Source of the DNA: an uncultured Bacteriovoracaceae bacterium
Lineage (GTDB): Bacteria; Bdellovibrionota; Bacteriovoracia; Bacteriovoracales; Bacteriovoracaceae
Direction of reading: 5' to 3'
DNA length: 64,000 nucleotides
Assembly: GCA_964012805.1 (NCBI GenBank)
Contig: CAXGUD010000003.1
Location: 64,001-128,000, forward strand
In this document: positions 1-9,614 of the stretch, in pieces
Numbering within the stretch: position 1 is the first letter of the stretch
Layout: each line of letters starts with the position of its first letter
Notes under the pieces: generated by a model
Database searches by the model: none
What the model saw: only the letters and a program-made list of their open reading frames with translations
Told to the model about the DNA's origin: nothing
Program-made: the position numbers and the translations under genes

Positions 1-622
1 TTGCAGTTTTACCGGTAGGTGTTTTATGCTTAACCCATGCTGAACCCCATTTTGTAACTCCTATTACCTCGGCCAGGTTTCCACATGAGCAAAACCACGA
101 ACAATATCTTTTTCCAAAAAGCCAAACGCTTAAAGGAACAACAATAAAAATGTAAAAAAAAGCTGACCATGATGTAAAGCCTCTTGAGACATATATGTAT
201 GCATCTTTATTTAAATTAGCGATTGGGTCTGCAAAAAAGGACCTCCCTTCTAAGATGGGAGGAAGAATAAATGGAATGATGAAAAAAAAAATTAATTGAC
301 TTAAAAAAATACTTGTAAATTTAAGCTTTTGATATTTGCTTAAGGGTTTTTGTGATTTTTTACCCTTACCATATATATTTTTTCCAATGAAAAGAACTTT
401 AAGAGAAATGCCACAAACAATGAGAGTGTAAATAAGCATGTACCAGAAGGATGGGGATTTTCCAAAAAAGTAAAGATCTCCTGAAGAGTTTATTAAATTG
501 AAAGAAACGAGAAGTTCAGGATACTTTAGAGTAATGTAGCCAAAAATGGTGACCATTAAAAACGTAGGTAGAAATGCTTTCTCTAAATTACTTCTTTGGT
601 AATCTTTTTTGGTATAACTCAT
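1..622 (-). CDS. 4Fe-4S binding membrane protein (polyferredoxin, NapH/NosR-like Fer4_5 motif), runs off the window edge
   Basis: Not in ORF track. Manual translation from ATG at 622 gives MSYTKKDYQRSNLEKAF..., several hydrophobic segments and FGKRYCSWFCSCGNLAE (CxxxC motif); open to position 1. Confidence 0.75.
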   Translation of the reverse strand, partial: MSYTKKDYQRSNLEKAFLPTFLMVTIFGYITLKYPELLVSFNLINSSGDLYFFGKSPSFWYMLIYTLIVCGISLKVLFIGKNIYGKGKKSQKPLSKYQKLKFTSIFLSQLIFFFIIPFILPPILEGRSFFADPIANLNKDAYIYVSRGFTSWSAFFYIFIVVPLSVWLFGKRYCSWFCSCGNLAEVIGVTKWGSAWVKHKTPTGKTA

Positions 623-726
623 ATATTTCTCATTTAGGCAAAAATATGCCTTTTATTATAGCAGGAAAATACAACGGGAAAGAAGGATATCAAAAAAGCA
701 TTTTTTTGTGACTAAGTAATCTTTGT

Positions 727-2037
727 TTAAAGAGGTGAGATAAGTATTGCCTTTAAGTAATCTCCTTCCGGAAAACCTTTTTTTGAGGGTGAATCCCAAT
801 TGTCTGATTTGAGCTTCTGGAGTTTATGGGTTTTAGATTTTATATGGAGTTTAAACTGTGATTCAATTTCGCCAAAAAACTTTTTGAATGTAATATTATG
901 TGTGTTTAAAAAAAGGACAATTCTTCCTTTGTCTTCAAGTAGGTTAAGCATTGAAGGAAGAAGTTGATGGTAGGAATTAATAGCCTTACTTCTTTTATTT
1001 CCGTCACTAGATGTTGAAGGGGGATCACAAATAATAAGATTGAATTTTTTGTTATCTGATTCATATCCGCTGAGTGAATTCATTGCCGAGGATACTTTAC
1101 TATGGTGGCAGGAAGAATCGATGGCCGGGTTTAGCTCCATATTATGTTCGAGCCATTTCATATATTTAGGAGATAAGTCTACAGAGTGAACATCTTTAGA
1201 TCCAAATTTAAGGGCAAACAGAGAAAAAGCTCCTGTGTAGGAAAATAAATTTAAAACACTTGAATCTGGAGTGATAAATTCTTTTATTGAGCTTCTAAAT
1301 GGAGACATATCTGTATAAAGACCAAAGTCATAAGTTTGACCTAGGTGAATTTGGTAGTTTATGTCAAACTCTTTACTTAAAAAGGATAACTTTCCATCTC
1401 CTTTTGGAAAAGTTGAAAGCGACTTCTTTTGCAAAGGGATACTTTTATTTTGTGACCTCGTCTGAATAAAGATGTCGACGCCTTTTTCCTTCCATTCTGG
1501 GAAAAACCTTTTAAAAGCATAGCTTAGTTTTGAAAGTAGTTCTTTTTGAAAATGAGTCCAAAAATTTGAATAATACTGAATAAGGACTTTTCCAGGAGAA
1601 AGAACTTGGATTTTAAGTCCTGGAAGAGAATCTGATTCGCCAAAAACCAGATAAAAGTTTTCTCTTATCTCATGGATTGGAGTTTTTATGTCTGCCTGTA
1701 TTTTTGGTATCCTCTTTTCAATTGAAATGATGAGCCTTGAAAGGAGCTCCTCTTCAAATGCAGATCGTCCCCAGGTTTCAGGAGATGCATAAGACCAAAG
1801 CCTGGCCTTCACCTTTGGGTGGTTAGGGTCGTGTATAAAAACGCCAAAAGATGTAGGGCTTTTTTCTTTAGTACCTTTTAAAAAGTGAGCTTTTTGTGGA
1901 AATCTTTTGGTAAAAGAATCTTCTGTTACCCATGGATGCCCTTTTTTAACATATTTTATAGTATGTGGATGAAACTCAACCATTGCGCATCGAAATGGAT
2001 TTTGGGTGAATTTATAGGCTTTATTGTTCATTCTCAC
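727..2037 (-). CDS. Class I SAM-dependent rRNA methyltransferase, RlmI/RlmK-like
   Basis: N-terminal GHPWV PUA-like motif, GESDSLPGL, GLYTDM, VLNLFSYTGAFS, VDLS and ICDPP motifs. Confidence 0.85.
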   Translation of the reverse strand: MRMNNKAYKFTQNPFRCAMVEFHPHTIKYVKKGHPWVTEDSFTKRFPQKAHFLKGTKEKSPTSFGVFIHDPNHPKVKARLWSYASPETWGRSAFEEELLSRLIISIEKRIPKIQADIKTPIHEIRENFYLVFGESDSLPGLKIQVLSPGKVLIQYYSNFWTHFQKELLSKLSYAFKRFFPEWKEKGVDIFIQTRSQNKSIPLQKKSLSTFPKGDGKLSFLSKEFDINYQIHLGQTYDFGLYTDMSPFRSSIKEFITPDSSVLNLFSYTGAFSLFALKFGSKDVHSVDLSPKYMKWLEHNMELNPAIDSSCHHSKVSSAMNSLSGYESDNKKFNLIICDPPSTSSDGNKRSKAINSYHQLLPSMLNLLEDKGRIVLFLNTHNITFKKFFGEIESQFKLHIKSKTHKLQKLKSDNWDSPSKKGFPEGDYLKAILISPL

Positions 2038-2273
2038 TTTGATCTTTCCTCGGAGCTAAAGGAATTTAATTGAGTTTGAGTCTTGTCAATGAGGACTAAA
2101 AGTTCGTTAGTGACCTTGATTGGATTGGACTCGAAAATTCCTAAACTTTCTAAGACTGTTTTATCTTCCTCTTTTATAGGTACTTGAAAAGGATCTATAG
2201 ATTTGCAGAGGCTCTGAACGGTTTCAAGCTTATGCTTTAACTGCACTTCTGGGCTTTCTTTATGGTAATCCAT
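2034..2273 (-). CDS. Hypothetical protein (79 aa)
   Basis: AAGGA RBS upstream; 4-nt overlap with the methyltransferase ORF. Confidence 0.65.
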   Translation of the reverse strand: MDYHKESPEVQLKHKLETVQSLCKSIDPFQVPIKEEDKTVLESLGIFESNPIKVTNELLVLIDKTQTQLNSFSSEERSK

Positions 2274-2383
2274 TAACGCGTCCTTAAAAAAGAGTCAGAA
2301 AGCAATCTAGGCTTTCTCTTTCATGCCGGCAAGAAAATTTCATCAAGGAGTAAATTTTGTCCGGGTTATAACAAAGGCGTACA

Positions 2384-2920
2384 TTATTTTTTGCCATGTG
2401 CGTTATTGCAGGACCTTAAAGTCATTTCAAAGCGAGACGTGAAGTTTCCCCTCATAGGTTCGAAGTAGGGGTCTTCAGAGAGGCAGTTAATTTCTGTGTG
2501 ATATTTTCTCTTCTTTAGAAAGGCAACACCATTGGAGCACCGGTATTTTTTAGGATCAATGAGTAACCCATCCGGACGTCGAATATAGCCCTTTTTCAAA
2601 AAAAGAGGGTTCACTTTTCCTCTACATTGATAAGCTTTGTAACCTCCACCAAGGTCCCTTAAAACGGTTGATTTAGGAAGAATTGAGCAGCGTTGAATGC
2701 CAGTTTTAGGCTCTGTAAAGGCATATTGGCCCTCCAGGCAATTTTGGGAAAGGTTTCGGGCAGGATGGGAGTGAAAACCTTCATAACTGGCTTGAGGAAA
2801 AATCTGCTTTTGAGAAAGCTTCTTGGTGATAGGTTTTCTTTTTGAGAATAAGCCACATCCCGCTAAACAGCTTATGATAAAACTCAAGAGAATCCATTGA
2901 TAAGTTATCTTTCTTTTCAT
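2384..2920 (-). CDS. Cys-rich hypothetical lipoprotein
   Basis: Likely ATG at 2920 (MKRKITYQWILLSFIISCLAGC), lipobox LAGC, six further Cys. Confidence 0.65.
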   Translation of the reverse strand: MKRKITYQWILLSFIISCLAGCGLFSKRKPITKKLSQKQIFPQASYEGFHSHPARNLSQNCLEGQYAFTEPKTGIQRCSILPKSTVLRDLGGGYKAYQCRGKVNPLFLKKGYIRRPDGLLIDPKKYRCSNGVAFLKKRKYHTEINCLSEDPYFEPMRGNFTSRFEMTLRSCNNAHGKK

Positions 2921-2999
2921 CTTCTTGCTATTGTAAGCCACAGTTCTTGTTGGATGCAATATCTAGGTCCCTCACGAAAATCTAATTTTGGCTTAACCT

Positions 3000-3887
3000 T
3001 TGCATTCTATTGAAATTATGATTTTGGCAGCAATTTTATATTTAATTTTCTCAATACCTTTCATCTTTTTTTATTTAGAAAGAGGTCATAGAAATCAGTT
3101 AAGGTCGGGAGAGAAATTAATTCATTGGATGACTTGTTGGAATTCTCATAAAGATTTTTTTTCTTTTTCAAAGGACAAGGATGAGAGTGGGGAAGGGTAC
3201 AAATTTTATACTGGACTAGTTAATGAAATACTTTTCTATAAAAGGGAGTTAGGTGGACACCCAAAGAAGAACTTCCAGGAGGTTAAAAGGGCCCTTTTAG
3301 GAGATGTCCGTTTTGAAAAAAAAGTTGAAAAAGAAATGAGAGGATCTTTTTTTCAGTATATTTGCTTGGGGGTCACGACTTGGCTTTTTATAGGCGCTAG
3401 TCATAAGATTTTGGGGCCAAAAGTTTCTATTAAGCCGGAAACTCTTCTGCTTATCCTTTGCTTCCAGATGGTAGGTGTTTTGCTTTATCAAATTGTTTGC
3501 CATAGGGTTAAGAAAAAAGACTTTTATTTTTTTAACCTCTATTATGGACCCTTATTTAGGTTTTTCTGCCTTATTTATTTGAATTTACCGGTAGGAATAG
3601 TTTTAGAAAAAAGTGGATTTGAAGTTTTTTACAGAAAAGAACCTCTAAGTTGGAAGCCTGTTTTAGAAGATTTAAGAGGTCTTATAGATAGGTGGAAAAA
3701 TCAAGGTAGCGAGGTGCGAAGTGAGTTAAGTGATATCGTTGAGGAGGTATATTTTTTGAGAGATTTAAGTTTTGAAAAATATAGAGAAAAGATTCAATTT
3801 TTGAGGCTTGTTTTTCTTGGAATTTTCTTTTTATGTCCTTATTTATTTTATCTTTCTGTCTTGTTAAGCTCCTTTTTGATTGTATAA
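3000..3887 (+). CDS. Inner-membrane protein, possible two-domain T2SSF (TadB/TadC-like) platform protein
   Basis: N-terminal TM then two helical-domain plus TM repeats (ELGG...RFEKKV...Q + TM; QGSEV...FEK...+ LGIFFLCP TM). Confidence 0.5.
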   Translation: MHSIEIMILAAILYLIFSIPFIFFYLERGHRNQLRSGEKLIHWMTCWNSHKDFFSFSKDKDESGEGYKFYTGLVNEILFYKRELGGHPKKNFQEVKRALLGDVRFEKKVEKEMRGSFFQYICLGVTTWLFIGASHKILGPKVSIKPETLLLILCFQMVGVLLYQIVCHRVKKKDFYFFNLYYGPLFRFFCLIYLNLPVGIVLEKSGFEVFYRKEPLSWKPVLEDLRGLIDRWKNQGSEVRSELSDIVEEVYFLRDLSFEKYREKIQFLRLVFLGIFFLCPYLFYLSVLLSSFLIV

Positions 3888-3971
3888 GGTGGTGGCGTGT
3901 AATACATTTAATTTCTTCAAAATGAAGGACAAATTAATGCACCAAGTACTAGTTCGAAAAGGATGTGACTT

Positions 3972-5645
3972 ATGGCGACAAATGATAAGCAGATAATTTA
4001 TTCTATGAGCAATGTTGGTAAGGTTTATCGCAATAAGCAAGTATTAAAAGATATAAGCCTATCTTATTTTTATGGTGCAAAAATTGGTGTTTTGGGTTTA
4101 AACGGTTCTGGAAAAAGTACGCTTCTTCGCATTATGGCAGGCGTTGAGGAAGACTTTTTGGGGAACGCAGTTTTGTCTAAAGGTTATAGAGTCGGCTATT
4201 TGGAACAAGAGCCTCAGTTAGATCCAGAGAAGACAGTCAAAGAAGTTGTTCAAGAAGGCGTTCAAGAAGTCGTCGATCTTTTAAAGGAATACGATGATAT
4301 TAGTGCACAATTTGAAACGGCAACTGACTATGATGCTCTTTTGGCAAGGCAAGCGAAAGTTCAAGATATGCTGGATGCCTGCAATGGATGGGACCTCGAT
4401 AGTAAACTTGATCTAGCAATGAACTCTTTAAGGTGCCCGCCAGCAGATCAAAAAACCGGTGTTTTGTCCGGAGGTGAAAAGAGGAGGGTTGCCTTATGCC
4501 GCCTTCTCTTAAGAGAGCCCGAAATCTTGCTTCTTGATGAGCCGACAAACCACTTGGACGCAGAAACAGTTTTGTGGCTTGAGAACCATCTTAAAGATTA
4601 TAAAGGTACAATTATTGCGGTTACGCACGACAGGTACTTCCTTGATAACGTTGCTGGTTGGATTTTGGAACTTGATAGGGGTCACGGGATTCCTTTTAAA
4701 GGAAACTATACAAGCTGGTTAGAGCAAAAAACAGCACGTTTGGCCCAGGAGGAGAAAGCAGAGTCCAAAAGACAAAAGTCATTAAAAGAAGAGCTGGATT
4801 GGATTCAAAAAGGACCAAAAGCAAGACAAGCAAAAAGTAAAGCCAGAATTAAAAATTATGAAGAAAGGCTAAGAGAACAAACTGAAAAAAGAAATGAAAC
4901 GAATGATCTTTATATTCCACCTGGACCAAGATTGGGGGACCTTGTTCTTGAGGCAACGAATTTAGAAAAGTCCTTTGGTGAAAAGCTTCTTTTTGAAAAC
5001 TTTAACTTTAAGTTGCCTCCAGGGGGTATCGTCGGTGTTATAGGACCCAACGGTGCAGGTAAGACAACTCTTTTTAAGCTTCTTACGAATCAGGAAAAGC
5101 CTGACAATGGTTCACTTAAAGTTGGTGAAACAGTAAAGCTGGTCTATGTAGACCAGGGAAGAGAACTTGATCCTTCAAAAAGTATTCTTGATGTCATTTC
5201 GGGCGGAACCGAGCATATAAAAATGGGCAGCCGTGAAATTAATTCGAGGGCCTATATTTCCCGTTTTAATTTTACAGGGGATGATCATAACAAAAAAGTG
5301 ACTGAGCTCTCAGGCGGAGAGAGGAATAGAGTTCATTTGGCCAGTATGTTAAAAGAAGAAGGTAATGTGCTTCTCCTTGATGAGCCAACAAACGATTTAG
5401 ACGTGAACACTTTGAGGGCATTAGAAAAAGCTTTGATGGACTACTCTGGTTGCGCTGTGGTTATTTCTCACGACCGTTACTTTCTCGATAGAATTGCTAC
5501 TCATATTCTTGCCTTTGAAGGAGATAGCAAAGTTGTTTGGTTTGATGGAAATTTCTCGGAGTATGAGGAAGACAAAAGAAAGAGGCTTGGTGATGATGCT
5601 TTGAGACCGAGAAGGATAGCTTATAAGAAGCTTAAGCGTGATTGA
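3972..5645 (+). CDS. ettA: Energy-dependent translational throttle A (ABC-F)
   Basis: GAKIGVLGLNGSGKST, LSGGEKRRVALC, second ABC domain GPNGAGKT/LSGGERNR, IPPGPRLG, HILAFEGDS. Confidence 0.97.
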   Translation: MATNDKQIIYSMSNVGKVYRNKQVLKDISLSYFYGAKIGVLGLNGSGKSTLLRIMAGVEEDFLGNAVLSKGYRVGYLEQEPQLDPEKTVKEVVQEGVQEVVDLLKEYDDISAQFETATDYDALLARQAKVQDMLDACNGWDLDSKLDLAMNSLRCPPADQKTGVLSGGEKRRVALCRLLLREPEILLLDEPTNHLDAETVLWLENHLKDYKGTIIAVTHDRYFLDNVAGWILELDRGHGIPFKGNYTSWLEQKTARLAQEEKAESKRQKSLKEELDWIQKGPKARQAKSKARIKNYEERLREQTEKRNETNDLYIPPGPRLGDLVLEATNLEKSFGEKLLFENFNFKLPPGGIVGVIGPNGAGKTTLFKLLTNQEKPDNGSLKVGETVKLVYVDQGRELDPSKSILDVISGGTEHIKMGSREINSRAYISRFNFTGDDHNKKVTELSGGERNRVHLASMLKEEGNVLLLDEPTNDLDVNTLRALEKALMDYSGCAVVISHDRYFLDRIATHILAFEGDSKVVWFDGNFSEYEEDKRKRLGDDALRPRRIAYKKLKRD

Positions 5646-5707
5646 TCATCTGAGTTGATAATTCGAAAAGTCGCTTTGTTTGAAAACTTAGTGATTAGGA
5701 TTCAAAA

Positions 5708-7000
5708 ATGTCTAAGCAAGCAAATTCAAAGTTTGTCGTGGCCAAGTTTGGTGGAACTAGTGTCCGCGACTCTATTGCCATTAAGAACTGTGCTGAAATT
5801 GTTAAAAGCTTACCTGAAGTGAAAGTAGTCGTTGTTAGTGCAACTTCGCAGACAACAAACCACCTTGAAGGAGTGGCTGACTGCATTCGAATGAATCAAA
5901 AAGAGGATGCTTTAGCAGCCTATAACAAAATTGTGAAGCGTCATATAGGGATTTGTGAGGGTCTGTCTGGAGACTCTCTTCTTCGTGGGTTTATTGATGA
6001 GCTTGATTTTGAAGGTTCTAGGATTATTGAGGAAGCAGTCGAGTTAGGAAAAGGTGTTTCTCCTATGATAATGGACCAGCTCTATAGTCTGGGTGAAAGG
6101 TTCTCATCATCACTTTTCTCTTTTGCACTTCAAAGTTCTCTCGGAGAGAGCTATCGTGTTAAGTATTTGGACGCGAGAGAATTTGTAAAAACTGATAGCT
6201 CGTTTGGTAAAGCAGTTCCACAGATGGATAAGCTTAATGAGAAAGTAGGTTCATTATTTGCTCCTTTTTTAGATGAAGACCTGGAGGAGTTAAGGTTGGT
6301 GGCCGTTACTCAAGGTTTTATAGGCTCAGATGATCAAGGTCGGACAACGACTTTAGGAAGAGAAGGATCAGACTTTTCAGCAGCTCTTCTTGCATCTTCC
6401 CTTGATGCAGAATCCCTTACTATTTGGAGTGATGTAGAGGGAGTTCTTACTACCGATCCGAGAGTTTATCCTGATGCTAAGACTATTCCTGAGCTATCTT
6501 ATAAAGATGCGACTAAGATCGCCAAGCTAGGGGCCAAGGTCTTATTTCCAGAAACTCTTGCTCCTGTGCAGAAGAAGAATATTCCTGTTTATGTTGGAAG
6601 CAGTCTTAAACCTAATGGCAAGGGAACCTGGATTAAAAAAGGGCCCTCAAGCCCGAGCTTTTTTTCAATTATACTCAAAAAAGGCTTTATGTTTAATGAA
6701 GCTCCTCTTGAAGGTGTAGGTGAGACCTCTGTTTTTTTTATTGAAGAAGATAGCTTATTTTCTGAGTTATCAAATATATCAGAGGAAGTTTTAAGAAAAT
6801 TGAAAAGGGCCTATCAGTTCTCTTTTGTTTCCTCTTTTTCAGAAGGGGAGGAGTGTTTGACATTTAGCTCTCTTTCTAAACTTTTTGGTGAGGGGGAGTC
6901 TCCCCTTATTCCTGATGAGAGTGAGTATAATGGCGCTTTAAGATTTTTGGTTTTAGAGAAAGAGTGTCAGGATGTTCTTAAAATGCTTCACAAAATTTAA
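5708..7000 (+). CDS. lysC: Aspartate kinase with divergent C-terminal regulatory region
   Basis: VAKFGGTSV, VVVSA, TTLGREGSDFS, WSDVEG...DPR, GAKVL. Confidence 0.88.
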   Translation: MSKQANSKFVVAKFGGTSVRDSIAIKNCAEIVKSLPEVKVVVVSATSQTTNHLEGVADCIRMNQKEDALAAYNKIVKRHIGICEGLSGDSLLRGFIDELDFEGSRIIEEAVELGKGVSPMIMDQLYSLGERFSSSLFSFALQSSLGESYRVKYLDAREFVKTDSSFGKAVPQMDKLNEKVGSLFAPFLDEDLEELRLVAVTQGFIGSDDQGRTTTLGREGSDFSAALLASSLDAESLTIWSDVEGVLTTDPRVYPDAKTIPELSYKDATKIAKLGAKVLFPETLAPVQKKNIPVYVGSSLKPNGKGTWIKKGPSSPSFFSIILKKGFMFNEAPLEGVGETSVFFIEEDSLFSELSNISEEVLRKLKRAYQFSFVSSFSEGEECLTFSSLSKLFGEGESPLIPDESEYNGALRFLVLEKECQDVLKMLHKI

Positions 7001-7112
7001 ATAAAGTATTCAAAATGACATAAAAAATGAAATAAAGTATAATTTAAACTTACTTAGTTCTATATTTTAGTAAGTTGACAAGGTCCTATATTCTTGGAAA
7101 GAGGAGTTTCAA

Positions 7113-8291
7113 TTGATCCCTTTTAAATTAAGATTCTTCGCTTTAATGATCTTTGTAACAGGTTGTGCCGGAACTCTCAAAGTGGAAAAAGAAGAAGGAT
7201 TAGAGGTCTATTCTTTGATTGATAAAAAAGGTCGGGCCGTTGCCAAAGTAAGGGCATCTAAAAAGCCATTAATACAAAGCGTTAAGGAAGGGGGGTATAG
7301 AATCGAAGTGCCTTCAAAGCAAGGGGCCATAAGGTGCACTTTAAAGGAGGCTTATTCTCCGCCAAGTATTTGGATAACAAGTTTTATTGAAAAGCTTAGG
7401 CCTAAAGTTTCAAGTTTAGAAATAGTAGAAATTAATTCAGGAGTAATAAAAAAATGGCCTTATCTTTATTCAGAGGTATCTTTTCACTCGGGGAACAAAA
7501 GCACTAAAAATAACCTTTTAAAAATTTTATCTTTATCAAGCGATAATGCTGCAATTTTTTGTTTAGAAGGTACAGGAAAAGGTCATAAAAGCTTAGAGCA
7601 GGTTGCCGGAGATATAATTTCGACTTTAAAGGATAATGATAAGTCTAGATTGCCTTCTATAAGTTCACAAGTTGATATTACATCAATTAAAAATGTAAAC
7701 ACGGGCTTTGTTCACAGGAAGATTTTTAAAAATAAGAAAGGCAATCTTGTAAATATTGTTAGAACTTCTATGATCGTTCCTAAAAATCGTTTAAAAAATT
7801 CTATGAAAGGTTTTTTTAATACTTCCGTTGAGCTAACGGATAATAAGGGAAATTATTTAGAGGGGTCCTATATTGGGTATGAGGACTTGAAGAAAACATA
7901 TAAAGTCAAACTTAAGGCGAAAGAGGATAAAAAGTACGAACTGGTGGGATTTGTTAATGGAAAGAATATTAAGAAAGTTTTGAAAATTGAAGGTCATCTG
8001 ATGACAGCTGTTGAGCAAGATCGGTTTTTTTCAGAACCAAAGGAAAAATCAAATAAGCCCATAACTTTTTATGACTATGTTCCTTCCATGGACCCTCTTA
8101 AAGTTTTTAAATCCAAGCTAGTTTATAAAGGAAGTGAAAAGACTGGTCTTAATTTATACAGAGTTGAGCTAAATAAAACAAATCTTAATCTTAAAGTAGA
8201 CGCGAAAGGAACGCCAATATTCTCGTCTTCAAAGTTTGGTAATTTTGTCTTAGAAAACCGAAGAGTCTTTTTAGAGAAAAAAAGTTTTTGA
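7113..8291 (+). CDS. Hypothetical lipoprotein
   Basis: GAGGAG RBS, TTG start, lipobox FVTGC, Lys-rich beta-strand-rich body. Confidence 0.7.
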   Translation: MIPFKLRFFALMIFVTGCAGTLKVEKEEGLEVYSLIDKKGRAVAKVRASKKPLIQSVKEGGYRIEVPSKQGAIRCTLKEAYSPPSIWITSFIEKLRPKVSSLEIVEINSGVIKKWPYLYSEVSFHSGNKSTKNNLLKILSLSSDNAAIFCLEGTGKGHKSLEQVAGDIISTLKDNDKSRLPSISSQVDITSIKNVNTGFVHRKIFKNKKGNLVNIVRTSMIVPKNRLKNSMKGFFNTSVELTDNKGNYLEGSYIGYEDLKKTYKVKLKAKEDKKYELVGFVNGKNIKKVLKIEGHLMTAVEQDRFFSEPKEKSNKPITFYDYVPSMDPLKVFKSKLVYKGSEKTGLNLYRVELNKTNLNLKVDAKGTPIFSSSKFGNFVLENRRVFLEKKSF

Positions 8292-8609
8292 AATAAAGTT
8301 TTCATTAAATGAAGGTAATATTATTTAAAAATGAATAGGTTACGGTGGAAATCTTTTTATTTATCAATGATAATAATTTAAAAGATAACTAACTCTACTT
8401 ATTAAGGCTAGATCTAAACATTTGTTATTAACTAAACATCTTATGTAATAGTCGCTCGTAATTGTTGGTTAATTCATTTTTTTTTATTTCTTTAAGTTAA
8501 ATTCTTAAATTAAAATATCTAAAAGTTTAAAATTAAAAAAAGTTTTTTATAAAAGTTAAAGGAGCAATAGAATTTGTTTAAGTTAATCAAAATTTTAATT
8601 TTTTTTATA

Positions 8610-8637
8610 TAAATTTTTTGATTAATTTTGTCGATAT
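8610..8637 (+). promoter_or_regulatory. Sigma28 (FliA)-like promoter
   Basis: TAAA-N16-GTCGATAT versus consensus TAAA-N15/16-GCCGATAA, 39 nt upstream of a CheX-domain gene. Confidence 0.5.
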
Positions 8638-8676
8638 AGAGTCTCATGTAGCGGCATTTTTTCCTCAGGAGATCTA

Positions 8677-9600
8677 ATGGGCGCGATTATTTTAAAGAAT
8701 GCAACTTATATATCAGGGTTTAATCTATCCGAAGAAAACGCTGAAGTGCTAAAAAATCTTTCTAAAAAGTTTCGAGTTAGAAGCTTTAATGAAAGTGACT
8801 TTGGTGAGTTTAAAAAATCTTTTGATCAAGTCAAATATCACTTCTGTATTATTAGTCAGATTGATGAGTCAAATAAAAATGGAGATCATGAGGCCAGAAA
8901 ATTTGTAGATGGCCAGAATATATCTAAAATATATTTGGATCCTAATGATCTTTGTCCAGAAATAAAAAACACCAATCAACTTATCCGTTTGGGTAAAGAT
9001 GATCTAAATGGAAACGTCGAGGAAAAAGTATTAGAAAATTTAGTTACTCTTGTAGATGAAAAAATAACTAGTGGAATGAAAGACACAATTCACAAGACTA
9101 TGGAGTATATCACACCTATTTTCTTTGATTGTGAGCCTGTTAACTTTGAAGAAAGAAAATTTGACCCTGATTTCTTTGACTTTTCAAATAACTCAAACTT
9201 CGATTGTTTAGTATCAATAGAAAATAATTTTGAGTGGCTTGTTGGGAGATTGGTAATTAAAATAAATAGTGATCTTTTTTCAAAAAATATACTCAAAAAG
9301 GATCAGAGTATCGATGATGTTTTGAAAGCATCTCAAGAGTATTCGAATCAAATTATGGGGATAATAAACTTTAACCTCAATAATACAGGAAAAAAGTTTA
9401 AAATTGGGTTGCCACAAAGTTACGACTTAACAACTTCAAGAGTCAACCTGGGAAAGCTTTTGATCCCGTCTATGATTCTGACAACCAGTTCAAGAGAAAT
9501 TGAAATAAGTTTCGGTCATATCGAAATGGAAAACGGTACTGTTCCGGAATTAAAAGTTGAAGAATTTTCAATTCCTTCAAGCGATGTAGATTTCTTCTAA
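8677..9600 (+). CDS. CheX-like phosphatase domain protein with an extra N-terminal domain
   Basis: QEYSNQIMG (ExxN..G) followed by GKKFKIGLP; AGGAG RBS; C-terminus SDVDFF. Confidence 0.65.
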   Translation: MGAIILKNATYISGFNLSEENAEVLKNLSKKFRVRSFNESDFGEFKKSFDQVKYHFCIISQIDESNKNGDHEARKFVDGQNISKIYLDPNDLCPEIKNTNQLIRLGKDDLNGNVEEKVLENLVTLVDEKITSGMKDTIHKTMEYITPIFFDCEPVNFEERKFDPDFFDFSNNSNFDCLVSIENNFEWLVGRLVIKINSDLFSKNILKKDQSIDDVLKASQEYSNQIMGIINFNLNNTGKKFKIGLPQSYDLTTSRVNLGKLLIPSMILTTSSREIEISFGHIEMENGTVPELKVEEFSIPSSDVDFF

Positions 9601-9614
9601 AAAAAGGATATTTT

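Noticed and set aside
8292..8609. Possible ncRNA, CRISPR array or replication origin in the AT-rich spacer
   Set aside because: No regularly spaced repeats, stable structure or DnaA-box cluster; only a short CTAAACAT duplication
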